DNA of 64,000 nucleotides from Chthoniobacterales bacterium (GCA_038207335.1 JBBQZX010000013.1:32001-96000), one strand, 5' to 3'. Positions 40,789 to 51,208 are shown, counted from the first letter of the stretch. Notes: generated by a model from the letters alone, not told the origin. Numbers and translations are program-made.

Positions 40789-41667
40789 ATGCCATTCCCC
40801 GACGCCCTCGAACTCGTCCACACTGCGCTCCGCGACCTGCGCGACAGCGGCGCCGAACTGCGCGCCGACCGCGACGCACTCGCCCGGCTCGCGCAGTTCC
40901 GCACTGCTCCGGCTCCTGTGGAAAAGCCCGCGCCCGCCGAGCCGCGGCCTGCTTTCAAAATCGAGTCGCCAGTCCGTACCGCAGCGCCTCCTCCGGCACC
41001 GCTGACGAAGATAGAGTTCGCGCACATTGCCGTTCCTGTCGGCGGGAGCAAAGCCGAGCAACTTGCCGCTATACAAGGCCCAGCCTTGATCTGCACGCGA
41101 TGTCCTCACCTCGCCGCGACGCGGACGCAGGTCGTCTTTGGCGTCGGAAATCCCGAGGCGGAGCTGATGTTCGTCGGCGAGGCGCCGGGTGCGGACGAGG
41201 ATTTGCAAGGCGAGCCTTTCGTCGGAAAAGCTGGTCAACTCCTCACGAAAATCATCGAGGCGATGAGTTTCAAACGCGCCGAGATCTACATCGCGAATGT
41301 CCTCAAATGCCGGCCCGACATGCCTTCTGGCGACTCGGGAAATCGCAAACCACGGCGCGACGAAATGGCGACATGCCTTCCGTATTTGCAGCAGCAAATC
41401 GAGATCATCCGCCCGCGCGCTCTCGTCGCGCTCGGCGCCGTCGCGATGGAGGGATTGCTCGGCGAAACCCAGCCAATGGCGCGGCTGCGCGGACGCTGGC
41501 ACGAGTTCGCCGGCATCCCTCTCATGGCCACCTACCACCCCGCATACCTCCTGCGAAACCAATCGCTCACCGAAAAACGAAAGGTCTGGGAAGACATGCT
41601 GCTCGTCCTCGAGCGTCTCGACAAACCGATCTCCAACAAGCAGCGCAATTATTTCCTGCGCGGCTGA
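40789..41667 (+). CDS. Uracil-DNA glycosylase family 4
   Basis: CTRC Fe-S cysteines, GEAPG, PFVG, NVLKCRP and TYHPAY motifs. Confidence 0.93.
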   Translation: MPFPDALELVHTALRDLRDSGAELRADRDALARLAQFRTAPAPVEKPAPAEPRPAFKIESPVRTAAPPPAPLTKIEFAHIAVPVGGSKAEQLAAIQGPALICTRCPHLAATRTQVVFGVGNPEAELMFVGEAPGADEDLQGEPFVGKAGQLLTKIIEAMSFKRAEIYIANVLKCRPDMPSGDSGNRKPRRDEMATCLPYLQQQIEIIRPRALVALGAVAMEGLLGETQPMARLRGRWHEFAGIPLMATYHPAYLLRNQSLTEKRKVWEDMLLVLERLDKPISNKQRNYFLRG

Positions 41668-41794
41668 CGCCCGCTCAAAGGCCCGACCTCGACCAACTCC
41701 AAAACTCTTTGCCGTCCGAGAGCACGCGCGCATAATAGCCTCCTGACGGTGCCACCGCACGTCTCGGCGCCGCTTCCATTCCGACGTCCGCAAA

Positions 41795-41868
41795 GCGCCC
41801 GTAGCTCAGCTGGATAGAGCATCGGATTTCTAATCCGACGGTCGTGGGTTCAAATCCCGCCGGGCGCA
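41795..41868 (+). tRNA. tRNA-Arg(TCT)
   Basis: Acceptor stem GCGCCCG/CGGGCGC, D arm GCTCAGCTGGATAGAGC, anticodon arm TCGGA-TTTCTAA-TCCGA, T loop GGTTCAAATCC. CCA not encoded. Confidence 0.96.
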
Positions 41869-41878
41869 CTCCTCTCGA

Positions 41879-42739
41879 TCAGGCGAGAGCATTCCAGCCA
41901 CTGAGGAAGGCGTCGATTAGCAGGGGGAGATCGTCGCTGTAGCCGCCTTCGAGGATGGCGGTGCTGGGGATCGCCGACTGCGCCATCCATTCTCCGCACG
42001 CGCGGTAGTCTTCGATGCCGAACGAAAGTGAGCAAAGCGGGTCGCGCATGTAGCCATCGAAGCCGGCGGAGACCAGGATGAGTTGAGGATCAAATTCCAG
42101 CGCGCACTCCCAGGACTGGCGCAGCACGGCGGATTGCCAGGCGTGGTCAGATTCGGCCGAGAGAGGGAAGTTGAAGCTGTTCCCGCGCGTCTGGGTGCCG
42201 GTGCCGGGATACGCCGGGTGTTCATGCACCGAGACGTAGCGGAGCTGCGCGTGGCCTTCGCAGATGGCTTCGGTTCCGTTGCCATGATGCGCGTCGAAAT
42301 CCCAAATGGAGACGCGCGCGATGCCGCTGGCGAGAGCGTCGAGCGCCGCGATGGCGATGGAATTCAAATAGCAGAAACCCATCGCTTGCTCCCGCGTCGC
42401 GTGGTGACCAGGTGGCCGCATCAACGCGAAAGCCCGCTGGCCTCGCAGAGCCAGTCGGGCGCAGTCCATCGCGGCGCCGGCCGATCTCGCGGCGTGGTCG
42501 GAAATTCCGTCGTAGAAAGGCGTATCTGCATCGAACGCCTCCGCTACAAGCAAGCGCGCGAGGTGCCGCTCCGAGTGCGCGCGGAGAAGCGCCTCGCGCT
42601 CCGCCGCCGCCGGCGTTTGCCCCTCCCATTCGGGATGTGTCCGCCGCAGGTGCTCAGCCGTCCGAGTGACCCGTTCGGGCCTCTCGGGATGCCCGGTCGT
42701 GCCGTAGCTCGCGCAGCGTTCGTCGTAGAGAATCGTCAT
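41879..42739 (-). CDS. Histone deacetylase family protein
   Basis: HPERPER, RPPGHHA, GFC, DFDAHHGNGT, SAGFD and LEGGY motifs. Confidence 0.93.
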   Translation of the reverse strand: MTILYDERCASYGTTGHPERPERVTRTAEHLRRTHPEWEGQTPAAAEREALLRAHSERHLARLLVAEAFDADTPFYDGISDHAARSAGAAMDCARLALRGQRAFALMRPPGHHATREQAMGFCYLNSIAIAALDALASGIARVSIWDFDAHHGNGTEAICEGHAQLRYVSVHEHPAYPGTGTQTRGNSFNFPLSAESDHAWQSAVLRQSWECALEFDPQLILVSAGFDGYMRDPLCSLSFGIEDYRACGEWMAQSAIPSTAILEGGYSDDLPLLIDAFLSGWNALA

Positions 42740-42962
42740 ATCCAGAAGATCGCAGCTCCCGGCCACGCGAGCGCCGCGTCCTCCGGCAGCGACGCCGCAC
42801 TCTGCCGGTTTGCTGCTGCTGGATCGCTCATCGCGCTCCTTTCCCGACTGGAAGATCGCCCGCCCATCGCGATGTCCGCCATCGTCCGGTTGGAGAGGTT
42901 CGTAGCTGACATTCGTGGAGGGTAAAAAATCGCATCGGCACAAACAGGAACCTCACGCGCTG

Positions 42963-43541
42963 CTAAGCGTCGATGTGGAAGTCGCCCTGCAGCCTTTGCA
43001 GTTTCTCTTTTTCCGAGGGAGGCAGCTCGCAGGCGTCGCGGATGAACTTCGCGCGCTCCTGTGGAGTCATGCCATCGATCTTGCTGACGAAATCCAGGAT
43101 CTCTTTGTTGAGTTCGTGAAAGCGCATGAACTGCCGCTGCTGGAGCGCCACTCGGGCCTCCGCGGTCTTGGACTCATATTCCGATTCACCGATCGAAATG
43201 AGGGAAAGCGTCTTCGGGTCGTTGACGAATTTCTGCTTCAATCCCTCCAGCATTGCATGGCCACGCTGGTAGCGTCCCTCGAGGGTCGCCAGCAATTCGC
43301 GGGTGGAAGTCTCAGCTTGGGCGCTTTTGAGATAACCCTCGTAGGCGCTGAGACCGAGCGCCAGGACCGCGAAGGCAAAAGTCAGGATGAGGAAGATGAT
43401 GAAAAGGCGATACCGCTGGTCGCGCGTGAGGGACGCGAAGGCGGGGAGCTTTAGCCAGTTTTTGTAGAGTCCGTAGAAGACGAAGGCTCCGACGCCGGCG
43501 ATGCCCGTGACACTGACCACGATTTTCCAGAAGGCTTCCAT
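42963..43541 (-). CDS. Hypothetical protein with two N-terminal TM helices
   Basis: 192-aa ORF with two hydrophobic segments and a charged helical C-terminal domain. Confidence 0.7.
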   Translation of the reverse strand: MEAFWKIVVSVTGIAGVGAFVFYGLYKNWLKLPAFASLTRDQRYRLFIIFLILTFAFAVLALGLSAYEGYLKSAQAETSTRELLATLEGRYQRGHAMLEGLKQKFVNDPKTLSLISIGESEYESKTAEARVALQQRQFMRFHELNKEILDFVSKIDGMTPQERAKFIRDACELPPSEKEKLQRLQGDFHIDA

Positions 43542-43652
43542 GGCCGGAGGAGAGCAATTTTGGCGGAGGAATTCAAGCTCGCGGGATGGGGAAGACGGGG
43601 GCGTGGTTTGAGGTTGATGGGGAGGGGTGCCGCGGGGGATAAGGGCGGCGAG

Positions 43653-44387
43653 ATGTCCGATACTTTGCTGCTTTCACAGAAACCGATCGCCGCGCGGGAT
43701 CGGCTGATTTTCGCGCTGGATGTGCCGACGAAGGCGGAGGCTTTGGAATGGGTGGAGCGGCTGGGAGAGGCGGTGACTTTTTACAAGCTGGGGTTGGAGT
43801 TCTGCATGAGCGGGAGTTATTTCGAGGTGATGGAGGAGCTGGTGGCGCGGGGGAAGAAGGTGTTTGCGGACCTGAAGTTTTCCGATGTGCCGGCGACGGT
43901 GCGCGGGGCGGTGGCGGCGCTGGCGGGGCATGGCGCGACGTATTGCACGCTGCATGGGACGAGTGGGGTGTATCGCGAGGTGGTGCCGGTGCGCGGGGCG
44001 ATGAAGCTGCTCGCGGTGACCGTGCTGACGAGTGTGGATGCGGCGGAGGTGGCGGAGATGGGCTGGAGCGGGCCGGTGGAGGAGCTGGTGTCGCGGCGCG
44101 CGCGGGCGGCGGTGGAGGCGGGGGTGGATGGGCTGATTTGCTCGGGGCTGGAGGCGGGGCGGCTGCGGCGGGAGCTGGGGACGTTACCGGTGATTATCAC
44201 GCCGGGGATTCGCGCGGCGGAGGAGCGGGGAGGGGATGACCAGAAGCGGACGATGACTTTGGCGGAGGCGTTCGGGGCGGGGGCGGATCATGTGGTCGTC
44301 GGCCGCCCGATCCGACGGGCAAAGGATCCGCGGGCGGCGGCGGAGGTGATGCAGGCGGAAATCGCGGGGATCTTTCCGGCGCGCTGA
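43653..44387 (+). CDS. pyrF: Orotidine-5'-phosphate decarboxylase
   Basis: FALD, DLKFSDVPAT, VTVLTS, TPGIR, DDQKR and VGRPI motifs. Confidence 0.95.
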   Translation: MSDTLLLSQKPIAARDRLIFALDVPTKAEALEWVERLGEAVTFYKLGLEFCMSGSYFEVMEELVARGKKVFADLKFSDVPATVRGAVAALAGHGATYCTLHGTSGVYREVVPVRGAMKLLAVTVLTSVDAAEVAEMGWSGPVEELVSRRARAAVEAGVDGLICSGLEAGRLRRELGTLPVIITPGIRAAEERGGDDQKRTMTLAEAFGAGADHVVVGRPIRRAKDPRAAAEVMQAEIAGIFPAR

Positions 44388-44392
44388 GGTGC

Positions 44393-45295
44393 TCAGCTTT
44401 CGCCCGCCGGCTCGATGTGGACGAGCACGTCGGCGACGTCCGGGTTGGCATCGCGGATCGCGTCTTTGACGTCGTGCGCGATGCGGTGGCCTTCGCGGAC
44501 GGTGAGCTCCGGCGCGACGGCGACGTGGATGTCCACGTAGAACTCCAGGCCCATCTTTCGCACGCGGCATTTCTCCAGCTCGACCACTCCGGGCACGACT
44601 GCGGCGGCGGCGCGGATGCTGTCCTCGAACTCCTTCGGCGGGGCGGAATCCATCACCTCGTGGAGCGCGGGGCGGAGGAGGCGCAGGCCATTCCACGCGA
44701 TGAGCGCGCAGGCGAAAAGCGCCGCCCAGTCATCCGCCTGCTCCCATCCGGGACCGCCGATCAGAGCGATGCTGATGCCGATGAATGCAGCGCTGGACGT
44801 GATCGCATCGGCGCGGTGATGCCACGCGTCCGTCTTCACCGCGGCGCTGCCCATCGCATCGCCCGCGTGCAGCACTTTGCGAAAGAGCGTCTCTTTCACC
44901 ATGACGACGACGACGAGCACGAGCAGCGTGAACGGCGCGGGCGCGTGGTGCGGCGTCACGATCTCGCGCACGCTCTCCGCGGCGAGGCCGATGGCTGCGA
45001 GGACGACCGCGATCGAGACGACGACAGCGGCGATGGGCTCGGCTTTTCCGTGGCCGTAGGGGTGCTCGTCGTCGGGGGGTGCGGCGGCGAGTTTCAGGCC
45101 GGCCCAGATGATGAGTGAGGAGAAAATATCGAGCGCGGATTCGATGCCGTCGGCGATGAGGGCGTAGGAGTTGCCGATCACGCCGGAGACGATCTTGATG
45201 ATCGAAAGCGCGACGTTGATGAACACGCCGAGCAGCGCAAACCGCGCGCCGGACTCGAGCCGGCGTTGGATTGTGAGGCGGGCGGTGGCGGGCAT
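44393..45295 (-). CDS. Cation diffusion facilitator transporter
   Basis: ALIADGIES, HPYGHGKAE, HHRAD and VLVHIEP motifs. Confidence 0.92.
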   Translation of the reverse strand: MPATARLTIQRRLESGARFALLGVFINVALSIIKIVSGVIGNSYALIADGIESALDIFSSLIIWAGLKLAAAPPDDEHPYGHGKAEPIAAVVVSIAVVLAAIGLAAESVREIVTPHHAPAPFTLLVLVVVVMVKETLFRKVLHAGDAMGSAAVKTDAWHHRADAITSSAAFIGISIALIGGPGWEQADDWAALFACALIAWNGLRLLRPALHEVMDSAPPKEFEDSIRAAAAVVPGVVELEKCRVRKMGLEFYVDIHVAVAPELTVREGHRIAHDVKDAIRDANPDVADVLVHIEPAGES

Positions 45296-45376
45296 CGCGC
45301 ATTTGAAACACGAAGCCGCGAAGGCGCGAAGCGGAATGCGATTTCCCGCGTGGCGACTCTCGGCTAAAGAGCATGC

Positions 45377-46036
45377 ATGTCCGACATTCTCGACCTCCCG
45401 CAGCCGCGCAATCACAAGCGCCTCTTCTTCGTGCTCGCGGTCGTCGCCGCGTTGCTCGTTGCGGGCGGTGTCGCGGGCGCGATGTGGTGGGCAAAGTGGA
45501 ATCGCCTCGGCCCCATCGCGCCCAGCGGCGGCTTGTATTTCTTCCGCCGCGTCGAGTTGCCCGTGCCTTCCTTCCGCCAGGGCGATCCGCGCTGGGCCGA
45601 TGACCTCCTCGGCCCCACGGACAACACCATCGGCGCGGAGGGATGCGCCATTTCCTCCACTGCCATGGTCCTCAGCTACTACGGCATCGACACCGACCCG
45701 CAGCGCCTCAACGCCTTCCTCAACGACCACGACGGCTACACTCCGCAGGGCTGGCTCTACTGGGAAGCCGCCGCCACGCTCGCCCCGGACCGAGTCCGCC
45801 ACGTCTATGAGGACCTCCCATCCTACCGCCTCATCGACACCAATCTCCGCCGCGGCAACCCCGTCATCATCCGCCTCCGCTTCCCCAGCGGTGTCACGCA
45901 CTTCGTCGTCATCGCGGGCAAGAGCGGCTTCGACTACCTCACGCAGGACCCTGGCGCTGGCGCGAAAAAGGGCATCTATCCGCTGCGCCAGCTTACCGAC
46001 AAAATCGAGGCCCTGCGGTTCTACGAAAAACTCTAG
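45377..46036 (+). CDS. C39-like cysteine peptidase, membrane-anchored
   Basis: Q..PRW, GCAISSTAM, HFVVI and DP catalytic pattern after an N-terminal TM. Confidence 0.8.
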   Translation: MSDILDLPQPRNHKRLFFVLAVVAALLVAGGVAGAMWWAKWNRLGPIAPSGGLYFFRRVELPVPSFRQGDPRWADDLLGPTDNTIGAEGCAISSTAMVLSYYGIDTDPQRLNAFLNDHDGYTPQGWLYWEAAATLAPDRVRHVYEDLPSYRLIDTNLRRGNPVIIRLRFPSGVTHFVVIAGKSGFDYLTQDPGAGAKKGIYPLRQLTDKIEALRFYEKL

Positions 46037-46123
46037 CCCCAACTTTCCGCGCGACATCCCCGCGCCGGCCGCGCTACCCTCCGCGCCTCGCATGGCAGCC
46101 CGCCGCTCTCTTCTTTCCCGTTG

Positions 46124-47836
46124 ATGGTCGCACTTGCGCGCCAGCTCCAGCGGCTTCCCGAGTCCACCCGCTCGATTCTCCTCACCGCCATCTACGGCCT
46201 CGTCGGCGGGCTCGCCGCAGTCGGCTTTGAGATCGGCATCAATCTCATCTACGCCAACACCTTCGTCCGCCTCTCGGCGTACTCCCCGGCCACCTTCGTC
46301 ATCGGCTCCTTCGTCATCGTCGTCGGCTGCTCCGTCGCCGGCGCGTGGCTCCTCACCCGCTTCTGCCGCGAGGCCGCGGGCAGCGGCATTCCCCAGTTAA
46401 AGTTCGCCTTCTGGCAGGACTTCGGCCACGTCCCCATCAAGACAGTCTGGGTCAAATTCCTCGCCGGACTCCTCCACGTCGGCGGCGGCATGAGCCTCGG
46501 GCGTGAGGGCCCCAGCATCCACATCGCGGGCGGTGCCGCCTCGCAAGTCGCCGGCGCCCTCGGCGTCCCGAAGCAACGCCGGCGCCAGCCTGCCGCCGCC
46601 GGGGCCGCCGCCGGCCTTGCCGCCGCCTTCAACACCCCGCTCGCCGCCATCACCTTCGTCCTCGAGGAGATCGTCCAGAATCTCAACAGCCCCCTCGTCG
46701 GCAGCATCATCCTCGCCTCCGTCATCGGCGCCTTCATGGTCCACGCCATCATCGGCAGCCATCCGGCATTCGTCCTCCCGCAGATCGAGCACTCCACCTG
46801 GCGCGCGTATGTCTTCGTCCCGATCGCCTCCGCCTTTGCCGCCCTCGTCGGCATCGGCTTTGGAAAGGCCACGCTCTGGCTGAAGCGCACGGCCCGGGGG
46901 TGGACGAAGCTCCCCGCGCTTTTCCACCCGCTCATCGGCGGCCTCACCGTCTGGGCGCTCGGGGTCGCCGTCTTTCTGTGGAGCGGACGCCTCGGCGTCT
47001 TCGGGCTCGGTTACGACGACCTCACCGCCGTCCTAAACGGCCAGCTCATCTGGCAGCTCGTCCTCGCCCTGCTGGTCGCCAAATGGATCGCCACCACCGT
47101 CTGCTACGGCAGCGGCGGCTGCGGCGGCATCTTCGCGCCGTGTCTCTTCCTCGGCGCCACCGCAGGCGCGGTCATCGCCAGCGGCGCCGCCCCGCTCCTC
47201 ACCCTGGGCCTCGATGACCGCACCCTCCTTGCTGTCGTAGGCATGAGCGCCTGCCTCAGCGCCGTCGTCCGCGCGCCCTTCACCAGCATCCTCATCGTCT
47301 TCGAGATGACCCACCAGTTCGAGCTCGTCCCTGCGCTCATGCTCGGCGCCCTCGTCAGCGAAGCCATCTCGCGCCTCTTCTCCCAGCACAACTTCTACGA
47401 CGACGTCCTCACCCAGGACGGCATCGTCCTCGTCCACGTCATCCCCCCGCGCGACCTCCGCTCCTGGCAGGCCTACCCCGTCTCCGCCATCGCGAATTTC
47501 CGCCCCGTCTTCCTCACCAGCTACGACCCCGCGCACCTCCAGGCCACGCTCGACGCCTCGCAGTTCCAGCGCTTCCCCTTCATTGAAAATGGCACCCTGA
47601 TCGGCGCTGTCACCCGGCTCGAAGTCGCCGAGGCCCTCGGCGTCGGGCGTCCGCCGCTCCTCGAGACAATCGTGACCTGCCGCCGCGCGCAGACCATCGG
47701 CGAAGTCGCGCGGCTCCTCATCGAGAGCCCCCTCGGCCTCGCCGTCGTTGTAGCCGAGGAGAAGCCCGTGGGCATCGTGACCCTCCATGACCTCCTCCGC
47801 GCCCAGGAGAGCCTCGCGGGCCGCAGCGAGCAGTAA
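46124..47836 (+). CDS. ClC-family chloride/proton transporter with CBS domains
   Basis: GSGIP, GREGP, FVLEE and GGIFAP motifs, C-terminal CBS-like GIVTLHDLL. Confidence 0.92.
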   Translation: MVALARQLQRLPESTRSILLTAIYGLVGGLAAVGFEIGINLIYANTFVRLSAYSPATFVIGSFVIVVGCSVAGAWLLTRFCREAAGSGIPQLKFAFWQDFGHVPIKTVWVKFLAGLLHVGGGMSLGREGPSIHIAGGAASQVAGALGVPKQRRRQPAAAGAAAGLAAAFNTPLAAITFVLEEIVQNLNSPLVGSIILASVIGAFMVHAIIGSHPAFVLPQIEHSTWRAYVFVPIASAFAALVGIGFGKATLWLKRTARGWTKLPALFHPLIGGLTVWALGVAVFLWSGRLGVFGLGYDDLTAVLNGQLIWQLVLALLVAKWIATTVCYGSGGCGGIFAPCLFLGATAGAVIASGAAPLLTLGLDDRTLLAVVGMSACLSAVVRAPFTSILIVFEMTHQFELVPALMLGALVSEAISRLFSQHNFYDDVLTQDGIVLVHVIPPRDLRSWQAYPVSAIANFRPVFLTSYDPAHLQATLDASQFQRFPFIENGTLIGAVTRLEVAEALGVGRPPLLETIVTCRRAQTIGEVARLLIESPLGLAVVVAEEKPVGIVTLHDLLRAQESLAGRSEQ

Positions 47837-47877
47837 GGGGACAGCGCGTCCGCCGAGAAAGTCGCCGCCCGGCCCAC

Positions 47878-47900
47878 GGCGGCCAGGATGGCCGCCCTAC
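47878..47900 (-). repeat. GTAG-type REP-like palindrome
   Basis: Minus strand reads GTAG-GGCGGCC-ATCCT-GGCCGCC. Single copy in this window. Confidence 0.55.
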
Positions 47901-47954
47901 AGCTTGCACTGCGGCGACCTTCGACGCCCGGGGACTCTCCGAGAAAAGCGGCCT

Positions 47955-48185
47955 GCGCGGGTGGGCAACGGTCGGACGCGGGACGTCAATGGCGGGACGC
48001 GGGAAGCGAGGGGTGGTACGCCGGAAGGCAAGCGTTGAATGCCGAAAGGCAGGCGTCGCGCGCATGAGATGGGCCGTTGAACGCCGGAAGGCAGGCGTTG
48101 TACGCCGGACGGCAATGGTGGCGTGATTGCCGGCAATGGCCGGACGCCGGAAGGCAATCGTGGGACGCCGGAAGGCAGGCAAAGG
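47955..48185 (+). repeat. Degenerate 21-bp tandem repeat, about 11 units
   Basis: Units at exact 21-bp spacing (47955, 47976, 47997, 48018 ... 48144, 48165) with consensus core ACGCCGGAAGGCA. Confidence 0.9.
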
Positions 48186-48373
48186 ATATTGTGTGCCAGT
48201 GGATGGCGTCGCTCCGCGCGCCATGCGTATCACCGCGCGATAGCGCCACTCTGAAAGTATGGCCTTCGGCGAGGTGAACGCATGGCGACGCCATCCACCA
48301 TGCGCTGGCTAGACTCGATGCCAGCGGTGGGCATGCCAGCGGAAGCGGTGGCGTGCCGGGGGTGCCGCTGGTG

Positions 48374-49561
48374 CTATTTTCGCCCCGCCCGCACGTCCAT
48401 CCAGACGGCGAGGATGAGGACGAGGCCGCGGGCGATGTATTTTTTTTCGGGCTCGACGGCTAAGAGGGTCATGCCGTTGAGGAGGGTGGCCATGATGAGG
48501 GCCCCGGCGAGGACGCCAAGGACGCTGCCGCGCCCGCCTTTGAGGCTGACACCGCCGATGACGCACGCGGCGACGGCGTCGAGCTCCATGAGGTCGCCGG
48601 TGGTGGTGGTGCTGGCTCCGGCGTAGGCGGTCTGGAGGTATCCGGTGAGGGCGACGATGGCGCCCATGCAGCCAAAGGCGCAGATGGTGATGCGCTGGAT
48701 GGGGATGCCGGAGATGAGGGCGGCTTCTTCGCTGCCGCCGATGGCGTAGAGGTATCGTCCAAAAGGGGTGTATCGGGTGAGGACGTATGCGGCGGTGGCG
48801 ACGGCGGCAAGGAGGAGGGCGGGGAGGGGGATGCCGCGGTATCGCGAGGTGAGGACGGTGAAAAGGAGGATGAGTTGGGCGGCGATGAAGAGGCGGAGGA
48901 GGGCGGGCTCGAGGGGGGGGGCGGCAGGACGAGGGGCTGCGATGCGGAGGGTGTCAGGGTGGCGGTCGGGGCTGGACGGGTCGGGGCCGGATGTGTGGCT
49001 GGCTGAGCGGATGATTTTTACCCCGCGCCAGAGGAGGGCTGCGATGAGGAGGGCGGCGAGGAGCCAGCCGGCGAGGGGGGGGAGGTAGTAGGTAGTGAGG
49101 AGGGAGTAGAGATTGGACTGGCCGCCGGGGACGATGGGGATGGTGTGGTTGTCGATGATGAGCCAGAAGAGGCCCTTGAAGACGAGGAGGCCTCCGAGGG
49201 TGATGATGAATGCAGGGATGCGCTGGCGGACGATGAGGGTGCCCATGGCGAGCCAGAGCACGAGGGCGGCGGCGATGCCAAGGAGCATGGCGACAGGCGC
49301 GGGCCAGTCGTGCCGCGTGATGAGGACGGCCGCGATGCCGCCGATGAGGCCGACGCCGCTGCCTGCGCTGAGGTCGATGTGCCCGGGGAGGATGACGAGC
49401 AACATGCCGACCGCGAGGATGGCGGTGATGGAGAAGTCGATGGTGAGGAGGGAGAGGTTGCGCGGGGAGATAAAGCCGAATGCGGGGACCTTCAGAGTGA
49501 AGAAGGCGGCGAGGGCGAGGAGGGCGAGGAGGAGTGAGAGGTCGCGGAGACGGGTGGACAT
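48374..49561 (-). CDS. Sugar ABC transporter permease (XylH-like)
   Basis: HIDLSAG, IPAFIITLGG, FGRYLYAIGG and ELDAVAACVIGG motifs. Confidence 0.9.
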   Translation of the reverse strand: MSTRLRDLSLLLALLALAAFFTLKVPAFGFISPRNLSLLTIDFSITAILAVGMLLVILPGHIDLSAGSGVGLIGGIAAVLITRHDWPAPVAMLLGIAAALVLWLAMGTLIVRQRIPAFIITLGGLLVFKGLFWLIIDNHTIPIVPGGQSNLYSLLTTYYLPPLAGWLLAALLIAALLWRGVKIIRSASHTSGPDPSSPDRHPDTLRIAAPRPAAPPLEPALLRLFIAAQLILLFTVLTSRYRGIPLPALLLAAVATAAYVLTRYTPFGRYLYAIGGSEEAALISGIPIQRITICAFGCMGAIVALTGYLQTAYAGASTTTTGDLMELDAVAACVIGGVSLKGGRGSVLGVLAGALIMATLLNGMTLLAVEPEKKYIARGLVLILAVWMDVRAGRK

Positions 49562-49573
49562 GATGTGGGAGGG

Positions 49574-51097
49574 TCAGGGCTGGGCGGGCGCACCCATGGC
49601 GGCGGCGATGAGGCGCTCCGGGGTGGCGTCGGCGCGGGTGAAGGTGCCGCCGATGCGACCATCGTGGAGCATGAGGATGCGGTCGCTCATGCCGATGAGC
49701 TCGGGGAGTTCGCTGGAGACGAGGAGGACGGCTTTCCCGGCGTCGGTGAGGCGGTTGATGAGTTCGTAGATCTCGAGCTTTGCGCCGATGTCGATGCCGC
49801 GCGTGGGTTCGTCGAGAAGGATGACGCTGGGCTCGGTGAGGAGGGCTTTGCCAAGGACGACTTTCTGCTGGTTGCCGCCGGAGAGTTTACCCGCGATGGC
49901 CGCGAGGCTGGGGGCTTTGATGCGGAGGGATGCGGAGAGGTCGGCGGCGGCGCGGGTCTCGGCGCTGGTGTCGATGAGGAGGCGAGGGGCGAATTTTGCG
50001 AGGGAGGCGAGGGTGAGGTTGAACGCGATGTCGTGGTCGAGGATGAGGCCGAGGCGGCGGCGGTCTTCGGTGACGAGGGCGATGCCGCGGCGGAGGATTT
50101 TGGCGGGCGGAAGGACGGGGAGTTCGCAGTCGCGGAGGTGGATGCGCCCGGCGGTGCGTGCGCCCCACGCGCCGAAGAGGTGCATGAGCAATTCGGTGCG
50201 CCCCGCGCCCATGAGACCGCCGATGCCGAGGACTTCGCCTGGCGCGAGGGTGAAGGAGATGTCGTGCAGGCGGGCCTTGCCGGTGTGCGGGTCGGCGATG
50301 GTGAGATTTTCGACGCGGAGGATGGCAGGCGAGAGGTCGGCGCGCGCGCGGCGGGGGAAGAGGTCGGCGATTTCGCGGCCGACCATGTGGCGGATGATCT
50401 CGCTTTTACTTGTGGCGGCGGTGTCGAGGGTGGCGATGGTCGCGCCGTCGCGGAGGACGGTGATGCGGTCGGCGATGGCAAAGACTTCGTCGAGCTTGTG
50501 GGAGATGTAGATGCACGCGATGCCGCGCGCGCGGAGGTCGCGGAGGATGTCGAGGAGGACGCGGACCTCGTGCTCGGCGAGCGCGGCGGTGGGCTCGTCG
50601 AGGATGAGGATGCGGGAGTCTTTGCGGAGGGCTTTGACGATCTCGACGAGCTGCTTTTGCCCGACGCCGAGGCGGGAGCACTGAGCCGCGGGATCGATGT
50701 CGACGTTGAAGTTCGCCAGCACCGCGCCCGCCTCGCGATGCACGCGCGGCCAGTCGATGAGCCCGGCGCGCGTGGGCTCGGCGCCGAGGAAGATATTTTC
50801 GGCGACGGTCATTTCCTCGACGAGGGCGAGCTCTTGGTAGATGACGGCGAGGCCCGCGCGAGTGGCATCGGCGATGGAGGAAAAGCGCGCGGTGTCGCCG
50901 CCGATGCGCAGCTCGCCGTCGTAGCTGCCATGAGGGTGGATGCCGGAGAGGAGCTTGATGAGGGTGGATTTCCCGGCGCCGTTCTCCCCGCAGAGCGCGT
51001 GTATTTCGCCCGGCCGCAGGTCGAAGGAAACATCGCTCAGCGCGACGACGCCGGGGAAGCGCTTGGTGATGGCGTGGGCGGAGAGGAGGGGGGACAT
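49574..51097 (-). CDS. Sugar ABC transporter ATP-binding protein (XylG-like)
   Basis: GENGAGKST, ILDEPT, LSGGNQQK and DEPTRGID (two fused ATPase domains). Confidence 0.92.
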   Translation of the reverse strand: MSPLLSAHAITKRFPGVVALSDVSFDLRPGEIHALCGENGAGKSTLIKLLSGIHPHGSYDGELRIGGDTARFSSIADATRAGLAVIYQELALVEEMTVAENIFLGAEPTRAGLIDWPRVHREAGAVLANFNVDIDPAAQCSRLGVGQKQLVEIVKALRKDSRILILDEPTAALAEHEVRVLLDILRDLRARGIACIYISHKLDEVFAIADRITVLRDGATIATLDTAATSKSEIIRHMVGREIADLFPRRARADLSPAILRVENLTIADPHTGKARLHDISFTLAPGEVLGIGGLMGAGRTELLMHLFGAWGARTAGRIHLRDCELPVLPPAKILRRGIALVTEDRRRLGLILDHDIAFNLTLASLAKFAPRLLIDTSAETRAAADLSASLRIKAPSLAAIAGKLSGGNQQKVVLGKALLTEPSVILLDEPTRGIDIGAKLEIYELINRLTDAGKAVLLVSSELPELIGMSDRILMLHDGRIGGTFTRADATPERLIAAAMGAPAQP

Positions 51098-51208
51098 CGC
51101 GGGGCGTGAGGAAGCCGGATCGGAGCGATTTTGAAAAGCACGGAGGCGGGCGACTCGGCGCGCAAATGTCACTTGCCGCGCGGACGGAACGCAGCATTGT
51201 CCGCCGCC

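Noticed and set aside
41795..43541. Integrated element at tRNA-Arg
   Set aside because: No integrase and no duplicated tRNA 3' end found.
47955..48185. CRISPR array (also considered for 16125-16285)
   Set aside because: The total period is only 21 bp, the repeats are degenerate, there are no spacers of CRISPR length and no cas genes.
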